DNA from: a virus
Lineage: Duplodnaviria > Caudoviricetes
Length of the DNA: 55,557 bases
Virus record (IMG/VR): IMGVR_UViG_3300044699_000015
Coordinates: 1 to 55,557 of that record
Reading direction: 5' to 3' (one strand)
This document shows, in pieces, positions 49,989 through 55,557 of the stretch; the first letter of the stretch is position 1, and each line of letters opens with the position of its first letter. The notes under the pieces were generated by a model, which saw nothing but the letters and a program-made list of their open reading frames with translations, made no database searches and was not told the DNA's origin. A program made the position numbers and the translations under genes.

Positions 49989-50285
49989 TTATCCTGTAAC
50001 GACAAGTAACGGGGGTTTTGGTCTAAAAGAATTGCACTTGAGGCCATTCCACGCTTCGACTGCGGAGCGTGGGTCTTTATACGCGCCCGTCCTAAATCCG
50101 GTTTTGCAATCGGGATTCATACAACGCACCTCTGGCCAGAATCCGTTTTCGGATAAATGCACAAGCTGCCCGTCTCCCCCACAAATCGGACATGGGTCAA
50201 GCGTAACCGTCCATGGCTCTGCACTGACTAACTTCCTTGTTTCCAAAGAGATTGTGGTCAGCACGAATTGATTGCTTGTCGTCAT
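49989..50285 (-). CDS. Lar (restriction alleviation)-like Zn-finger protein
   Basis: LDPCPICGG...VRCMNPDC...AVEAWN. Confidence 0.6.
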   Translation of the reverse strand: MTTSNQFVLTTISLETRKLVSAEPWTVTLDPCPICGGDGQLVHLSENGFWPEVRCMNPDCKTGFRTGAYKDPRSAVEAWNGLKCNSFRPKPPLLVVTG

Positions 50286-50298
50286 GGCATAATCGCCT

Positions 50299-50329
50299 AA
50301 AATGAAGCGTGACGCTATTAACGCCACGC
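50299..50329 (-). terminator. intrinsic terminator
   Basis: GCGTGGCGTT-AAT-AGCGTCACGC then TTCATTTT. Confidence 0.55.
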
Positions 50330-50349
50330 TGTTAGGGAGCCAACTGCAA

Positions 50350-50604
50350 TTAAGCTGTCGGAGGAGCGGGAGGCGTTTTATCCGCAAGGGCTTGCAGATT
50401 CGCCTTGGAAGTTGCCAAACGTGCTTCCATCGCGTCCACATCGGCTTGGTCTTCGGCAGTGAACGTGCCAGCCGAGTTTTGCAGCCGCGCAACGGTGTCA
50501 ATGTAGAACTGAATGTCGCCAGTCAGGTCGGTTGTGGCGGTATCAACGGCGTCGAGAAACGCTGCGATGTCGGCATTGTATTGTTTAACGGTATTTGTTG
50601 CCAT
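50350..50604 (-). CDS. small acidic coiled-coil protein
   Basis: A/D/T-rich helices, PPAPP tail. Confidence 0.7.
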   Translation of the reverse strand: MATNTVKQYNADIAAFLDAVDTATTDLTGDIQFYIDTVARLQNSAGTFTAEDQADVDAMEARLATSKANLQALADKTPPAPPTA

Positions 50605-50608
50605 AATG

Positions 50609-50809
50609 TTATTTTGATTTTGGTTTACTGTCTGTCAAACTGGCCAGAGCTTGCAACCTTTTTGTGATGTGTTTTAATCGCCTCAGATTGACCGCCATTG
50701 CGTCTTTGTCCTCTTGGGTCACTGAGTCACCAAACACCGCCTTAATCGTCTCTGTGAGGCATCTAATCGCTTCCTCAGCGCCTTTCAAGGCTCGCTCACT
50801 CATTCGCAT
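50609..50809 (-). CDS. hypothetical protein
   Basis: 66-aa helical ORF. Confidence 0.5.
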   Translation of the reverse strand: MRMSERALKGAEEAIRCLTETIKAVFGDSVTQEDKDAMAVNLRRLKHITKRLQALASLTDSKPKSK

Positions 50810-50815
50810 ACTGTG

Positions 50816-51232
50816 TCAGGGATTGTGGGCTTGAGCAAGTAGGGGATTTACCCCTTGGGCTGCGGCGACATGAGAATACAGGTTCACAGGCGATGCTCCA
50901 AAGTTTAACGGCATCCTGCGATTGAAAACGCATTGGACATCGGACTGTGCAAGAATGTTGTCTGCTTCCACTTCCACGGCGGAATAGCCCAATGATATAA
51001 GTTTGAGATATTCCGAAAACGTAAACCATCGTTTAAGTTGCTCAACTGAAATGCAACCGCATCCTAGATGCATTCCTTTCGCAGATTTCCTGAGAACATT
51101 TTCAAATCCTCCAAATTCAACCGGCCAAGGCGGAAGATTTAAATGGTCATCCCTGTCTTCAACCCAAGTATGGGAAAAACCCGGTTTCCATGGGCCTCTA
51201 CCATGTTTGTCTTGAACTCTAAATACTTTCAT
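50816..51232 (-). CDS. conserved hypothetical phage protein
   Basis: VFRVQDKHGRGPW...GC.SVEQLKRWF...S..QCVF. Confidence 0.7.
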   Translation of the reverse strand: MKVFRVQDKHGRGPWKPGFSHTWVEDRDDHLNLPPWPVEFGGFENVLRKSAKGMHLGCGCISVEQLKRWFTFSEYLKLISLGYSAVEVEADNILAQSDVQCVFNRRMPLNFGASPVNLYSHVAAAQGVNPLLAQAHNP

Positions 51233-51259
51233 TCTCTCTAAGTTAAGTGTCGGTTAAAT

Positions 51260-51411
51260 TGGTTGGGGCAGACTTTTGCATTGAGTCTCTACCGGAATCA
51301 CATCCGGCGTGCTATTATTTCCAGCGATTTCACGGGCGGGTAAACGTCATTGCCGCACTATCGTTCCGCTTCGAGAGCGTCTATGCTAGCGCGAATTAAC
51401 ACTATGCCCCA
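51260..51411 (-). ncRNA. oversized tRNA-like RNA ending in ACCA
   Basis: 7-bp acceptor TGGGGCA/TGCCCCA + A + CCA; TA linker and D-like arm GTGTT/AGCAT; expanded middle with extra hairpins; non-canonical T arm. Confidence 0.55.
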
Positions 51412-51417
51412 AATTTA

Positions 51418-51539
51418 AGAGCGAGTTGTGGAATCGAACCACATTCTCTAGATAACATCGGTAGCAAGCCGACTCGTGTCCAGCGCATGAAGCCAACATG
51501 ATTATACCGGATAACCTGTGCGCACATGCTGTCCCGCTC
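51418..51539 (-). ncRNA. oversized tRNA-like RNA with canonical T arm
   Basis: acceptor GAGCGGG/CTCGCTC; T arm TGTGG-TTCGATT-CCACA; no canonical D/anticodon layout; no encoded CCA. Confidence 0.55.
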
Positions 51540-51543
51540 AAAA

Positions 51544-51774
51544 TCATCTTTTCACCTTCGCAAATCTGTCTCGCACGCCACAGTCGCACTCGCAACCGTT
51601 GGATTTAAAGAACTTTAATGTCCTCTTAATATCCAAGTCACTTCCAAACCCCATTTCGAGCATGACAAAGGCGCAATTGCACCATCCCTGCCGACAATCC
51701 CACTCGCACAAACGGACTTTCAACCGCTTAATGAACTCGTTGAAACGCGGGTGGTTGTCGTTAAGGATTGTCAT
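51544..51774 (-). CDS. DUF2695-like protein
   Basis: LKFFKSNGCECDCGV. Confidence 0.65.
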   Translation of the reverse strand: MTILNDNHPRFNEFIKRLKVRLCEWDCRQGWCNCAFVMLEMGFGSDLDIKRTLKFFKSNGCECDCGVRDRFAKVKR

Positions 51775-51986
51775 TGTGGCTTCAAGTCGCTTAACAGACA
51801 CTCGGCCATCTTGAATGGCTCTTTTTCCATTTCCCAACCTTCTGTTTCTTCGGTAGCAAATATCAAGGCGGTTTCCATCGCCTGAGCCATCCTAGCAACA
51901 TGCGGATTGCCGTGAGTTGTGCAAAGCTCTCGGTAATGTTTCTTGAGCTTTTCAATCGTGGCTTCGGATGGTCTCGTGGATTTCAT
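51771..51986 (-). CDS. hypothetical protein
   Basis: MKSTRPSEATIEKLKK..., ATGA-coupled downstream. Confidence 0.6.
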   Translation of the reverse strand: MKSTRPSEATIEKLKKHYRELCTTHGNPHVARMAQAMETALIFATEETEGWEMEKEPFKMAECLLSDLKPQ

Positions 51987-52002
51987 AACAATACTTCCAT
52001 AG

Positions 52003-52166
52003 GTTGATTGAATGCTGCCGCCGAGGTTACTAGCCATAACAGCTTACTCGGGTCAAGGGCTTAAAAGGCCCCTATTTTAGGACGAGCTAACAATCGAGTG
52101 GGTTTATTTGCAAATTACACCCATCCAACTGATTCAGCTCCCAAACTACAGCAGCATCCAATCAAC
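52003..52166 (-). ncRNA. multibranch structured leader/ncRNA
   Basis: 18-bp closing stem 52166-52149/52020-52003 with G-U on minus strand; internal hairpins; TGGACT-17-TAATTT promoter just upstream. Confidence 0.55.
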
Positions 52167-52277
52167 GCCTGAAATTATCACCCCGCCGTTGCAAAGTCCA
52201 TCCGATGTAATACGGATGCCATTCCGAACACTTTCACCTTGCCATTTTTAATCGGCGGGAGGACGATGCGAGAATGC

Positions 52278-52306
52278 TTGACAGGAAATGGTCATTTGAC
52301 CAATAT
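52278..52306 (+). promoter_or_regulatory. sigma70-like promoter
   Basis: TTGACA-17-CAATAT. Confidence 0.6.
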
Positions 52307-52314
52307 CGGAGCAA

Positions 52315-52438
52315 TGTATACGTTGATTCAGTTCGCGGCAAGCGAGTCTCAATCGCCCCCGTTCGTGTCTGTAGGAGTCCGAAGCCTTGCCGCCCAAAGA
52401 CGTATACAGCCTACAGACATGAATCGGGGTTATTGGGA
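52315..52438 (+). ncRNA. structured 5' leader (A-C-B-C'-A'-B'), copy 3
   Basis: A 52315-52324/A' 52399-52408; C 52335-52342/C' 52386-52393; B 52347-52375/B' 52410-52438 (27/29). Confidence 0.75.
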
Positions 52439-52444
52439 ATCGCC

Positions 52445-53251
52445 TTGCAATTAGACCCCAAGATTTATTCCCAAATCATTCAAGATAAGCGTATCTCTCA
52501 CGGCGCTTTCAGGGTGTGGCATCTACTTCGAGACATGACCGGCGACAACACTCATTGCTGGCCATCCATGCGGACGATATGCAAGAAGATTAGTTGCAGC
52601 AAATCTTCGGTTTCGGGGTGGATTAAAGAGCTAATCGAAGCGCAGTATGTAACGGTGAAGCGCGGCTCTCGACATTCGCCAAACAGGTATTTCGTGAGCG
52701 GTATCGTTTCAAACCTCAGTGTCTCGGAAGGATACCACAGAGGTATCGTTTCAGGGACGGAATTGAACTCAAAGAATATTAACTCAAATAACCAACTAGC
52801 TTCTAGTATGGAAAATCCACAAGACAAAAACGTTCAGGACTTCCACCACTGTTACAGGCAATCAACGGGATTAGATGTCTCTCTTAATTTTTACCGTGAA
52901 AGCATGTGGCGCGAATGGTTCCGGTATGGCGAAACTCATTGCGGTGGGTTTACTCAGGACGACTTGCGGGCCGTGGTTGAGTTGCGAAAATTCCGGGCCA
53001 AGAACAAAATGCAGGGATACCACACTTTAGCGTTTAATGCGCTTATAGGCTCGCCAGATGTCATGGAGGAGGATTTGTCAGAAGCCCGCGCAAAGTCTCG
53101 CCAGCGCAAGCCTAGCGCCAGAGACGCGATTTTAAGAGCCACAGGCCGACCCACAGAGCCAACCCGTGCTGCTGTGACTGCGGGCAATGTGATTGAGGGG
53201 GAACGCGCTTTCCAAGCGTTCAGGCAATGGCGTGCAGAGAATAACCTGTGA
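52445..53251 (+). CDS. winged-helix (HTH_36-like) replication-initiator-like protein, paralog 2
   Basis: RISHGAFRVWHLLRDMTGDNTHCWPSMRTIC...GWIKEL...NRYFV; TTG start 6 nt after leader. Confidence 0.75.
   Translation: MQLDPKIYSQIIQDKRISHGAFRVWHLLRDMTGDNTHCWPSMRTICKKISCSKSSVSGWIKELIEAQYVTVKRGSRHSPNRYFVSGIVSNLSVSEGYHRGIVSGTELNSKNINSNNQLASSMENPQDKNVQDFHHCYRQSTGLDVSLNFYRESMWREWFRYGETHCGGFTQDDLRAVVELRKFRAKNKMQGYHTLAFNALIGSPDVMEEDLSEARAKSRQRKPSARDAILRATGRPTEPTRAAVTAGNVIEGERAFQAFRQWRAENNL
52700..52753. repeat. iteron-like repeats
   Basis: GGTATCGTTTCA at 52700 and 52742; inverted GATACC at 52731. Confidence 0.55.
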
Positions 53252-53725
53252 ATAACAATGACCTTTGAACAAGCAGCCAAGAAAGCGTGCATATTCGATT
53301 ATCTGTCTCGCACGGAGCGCAATCGAAAAGCTGCGAAACGTGCGATTTACAGAGCCACAGTTAATTGCGAACTGTTGAAAGCAAAAGCAATGGTTCGCGC
53401 ATTGCAAATTACGAGGCTTAGACAATGAGCTAAAGTTTATGAGACGCGTTTTCCTTTTGGGAGCTATGGCCTGTGTAGTGCTTGCAAAACATGACAGGCC
53501 GTCATGGGCTGGCCCCGCCTATCTTATTGTGGCCTACTGCCTCGTTTGTTTGTATGAGAAAAAGGACTAAGCAAATGGGCCATAACCAAACCGCGAGCGG
53601 TGGCGTCCGCGCTCCGGCAGGCCCCAAACCCAAACCACCGCAACCAACCTACAAACCCGACATTGATAACATGTCCCCAATCGAACGGGCATGGCGACGG
53701 GAGAGACAGAGCATGAAATTGAAAG

Positions 53726-54034
53726 GTGAATGATATGGGCTATTTTCCAAACGGAACAGCGGGAGATTGTTACGAGCATGAGTATTGCTTTAATTGCATC
53801 CATTATGGCCCGCAAGATGGCCCCGGATGTCCAATTATGTTGGCGCACATTCTCCACAATTATGAGGAGTGCAATAACGAGAAAAGCATATTGCATTTGC
53901 TTATTCCGATGGATGAACAAGGATTTAACAAGAAGTGCCTTATGTTCGTTGAGTCTGCCAAGGCATTTAAAGGTACTTTGTCACCACATTTGAAAGAGTG
54001 GGCAAAGAAACAAGGAATAGTCGAAGTCAAGTGA
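53726..54034 (+). CDS. Cys-rich conserved phage protein
   Basis: GYFPNGTAG...YCFNCIH...GCPI. Confidence 0.7.
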   Translation: MNDMGYFPNGTAGDCYEHEYCFNCIHYGPQDGPGCPIMLAHILHNYEECNNEKSILHLLIPMDEQGFNKKCLMFVESAKAFKGTLSPHLKEWAKKQGIVEVK

Positions 54035-54405
54035 GCCAAAAATTCAACTCGGCATGGCTGGAAAAACAGCGTTTAAAGCGTCCAGAATCGATTATAGCGC
54101 GTCCTAGCAATGTTGCTTTAGAGAAAGACCTGCACGCCCTAATCCTGTCCTATTGCCGCGATAATCGCATTTACGTGGTGCATAGCAGGATGGATAAGAG
54201 GGCAACCAACAATACCGGCACAACGGACTTTATCTTAGCGATGCCACAAGGAAGAACACTATGGATTGAGGCAAAGCGCAAAGGCGGTAAACTGTCACCA
54301 GAACAAACTATCACAAGGCATGTGCTTAGAGCTTTGGGGCATCAGCATTATGTGGTTTGGAACTATGCCGACTTCGTTTCGATTGTGAAGGCTCAAACTG
54401 CCTGA
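54031..54405 (+). CDS. VRR-NUC (PD-D/ExK) nuclease
   Basis: EKDLH..I; GTTDFIL; LWIEAKRKGGKLSPEQ. Confidence 0.85.
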   Translation: MSQKFNSAWLEKQRLKRPESIIARPSNVALEKDLHALILSYCRDNRIYVVHSRMDKRATNNTGTTDFILAMPQGRTLWIEAKRKGGKLSPEQTITRHVLRALGHQHYVVWNYADFVSIVKAQTA

Positions 54406-54567
54406 ACAACTTATCCGTTTTCCTATCGCGTTTGCGCTTCTTTAGCCAATTCCAAAGAAATTCGTCTGGCCGAAATGTGATTACAAACGCCACACAAATA
54501 CAGAATACTAGCGCCAGCGCCCATTTCCATTCGTTGTCATCACCGCTACCACCATAATGTGAAACCA

Positions 54568-54882
54568 TCATACTTTCTTCTTCCTTTCGCCATACCCATT
54601 CTCCCGCGCAAGCTGGATAGCTTCTAGGTGCTGTTTCCAAATCTCTTTATCTCTCTGGCAAACTAATCCGTTCTCATCAAAGTAATTGCCACATAACTCC
54701 GACATTCCTTCCAAGGCATCGAATAGTTGTTGGGCGATGGCGCGATGGTGGGCAAGCTCTTGCTCAAGGTCGGCCATGTCTGAATCATTTACTGGCCTGA
54801 CTTTGTTAGTAGGATACAATATCTGATACTGCATTAACGCCCTTTGTCTAGCAGCGTCAGTCCGTGGTGTATCACTTTTCAT
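54568..54882 (-). CDS. hypothetical phage protein
   Basis: SDTPRTDA N-terminus, LEQEL coil. Confidence 0.65.
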   Translation of the reverse strand: MKSDTPRTDAARQRALMQYQILYPTNKVRPVNDSDMADLEQELAHHRAIAQQLFDALEGMSELCGNYFDENGLVCQRDKEIWKQHLEAIQLARENGYGERKKKV

Positions 54883-55223
54883 ACTTTTGCTCGGGTGTTC
54901 CATAGCCTAACAGCTAGTTTGTATGGCCATTGTTGTTCTTGTGTGAAGACGTGAGGGCCGGTTGCTCCACAATTACGACAAATTACATAACAATAATAAT
55001 CCTCTGTAAAATACACTTCCTTCACTGATTTTTCACAATGCCAACACGGCAACAACTCTTGTTCGCCTGTGGGTGGTTGGGGTTCTAATCGTGTAAATAC
55101 AGCTTCTACAATAAGCTCGCCTTGGACAATCAGGATAATCTTTCGACAGTCATCCTTTGAGATGTATCCAAAACCTTTGTCTTGGAGCGCCTTTGTGATG
55201 CGTTCAATTTGTTCTGATTTCAT
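54879..55223 (-). CDS. Lar-like Zn-finger domain protein
   Basis: LLPCWHC...VICRNCGATGP...AVRLWNTR. Confidence 0.65.
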   Translation of the reverse strand: MKSEQIERITKALQDKGFGYISKDDCRKIILIVQGELIVEAVFTRLEPQPPTGEQELLPCWHCEKSVKEVYFTEDYYCYVICRNCGATGPHVFTQEQQWPYKLAVRLWNTRAKV

Positions 55224-55557
55224 AATTCATTCCACGGCCAACACTTCTTTTGTTTGGTCATAGGGGTTTGTAAATTGCGCCGGATAAGACTGCGAATTGA
55301 ATCACCTTACGAATGTTTCGGCGATAATACTTTTTAGATTCTTTGTCGGACGATGGAAATAGCAGAGTAAATCCAAACCAGTGTCCGCGAGAGAACCAAT
55401 CGTAGTATTGTTCTGGTTTCATCCTCAAAATCTTTCGTTGGTGGGGGTTAATGTCGGTAGTCTAGGATTGGTTCGGGGGCTTCTCTCAAAAGCGCGTCTC
55501 GGTAGGTGTTTTTCTTCGGTGCAATGCCGCCATTGAGGGCCAGCATGTGATTGTGGG

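Noticed and set aside
51291-51308. Loop TGTGAT as antisense seed for the leader at 10359-10369
   Set aside because: Only a 6-nt match, which is expected by chance.
51260-51411. tmRNA (GGGGC...ACCA)
   Set aside because: Only 152 nt, no G3-U70 pair, no canonical T loop and no tag ORF seen.
51418-51539. tRNA-Sec or ordinary tRNA-Ala call
   Set aside because: CTTCA is present but has no flanking anticodon stem; the TGC loop has T at position 37 and the length and D region do not fit a standard tRNA.
1-55557. CRISPR array, DGR/retron reverse transcriptase, integrase, alternative genetic code
   Set aside because: No regularly spaced repeats and no RT or recombinase motifs were seen; long genes read normally in the standard code with all three stops used.

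Overview
This window looks like an essentially complete, circularly permuted tailed-phage genome. It appears podovirus-like, since no tape measure or tail tube gene is recognisable. The YqaJ exonuclease cut at base 1 appears to finish at the right-hand end. Modules: (1) recombination (YqaJ + ERF) and many small early ORFs; (2) three separate replication-initiator-like genes; (3) terminase and probable portal; (4) tail/adaptor and internal-virion genes; (5) GroES, DUF5662 and a scaffold-like protein; (6) a glycan-modification cluster (2x GT2, GT11-like, SAM methyltransferase, DHH phosphoesterase, and a GT/glycosidase-like gene split by an HNH-AP2 endonuclease); (7) probable major capsid followed by Cys-repeat and fibre-like genes; (8) membrane/lysis-type genes with two solo LuxR-type HTHs; (9) a cluster of tRNA-like or structured RNAs. 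Five homing-endonuclease-like genes are present. No integrase, DNA polymerase, helicase, canonical tRNA, CRISPR array or endolysin was recognised. The strongest novel signal is that all three initiator-like genes share one cassette design: a TTGACA promoter, then a ~100-130 nt RNA leader with the same A-B-A'-B' pairing topology but unrelated sequence, then an initiator gene with its own internal iterons. Other notable items are a conserved small gene nested out-of-frame inside the large virion gene, fibre-like proteins with Sec signal peptides, and oversized tRNA mimics. Several genes are broken by 1-bp indels in homopolymers, probably sequencing errors. All family calls are by-eye motif recognition; no searches were run.
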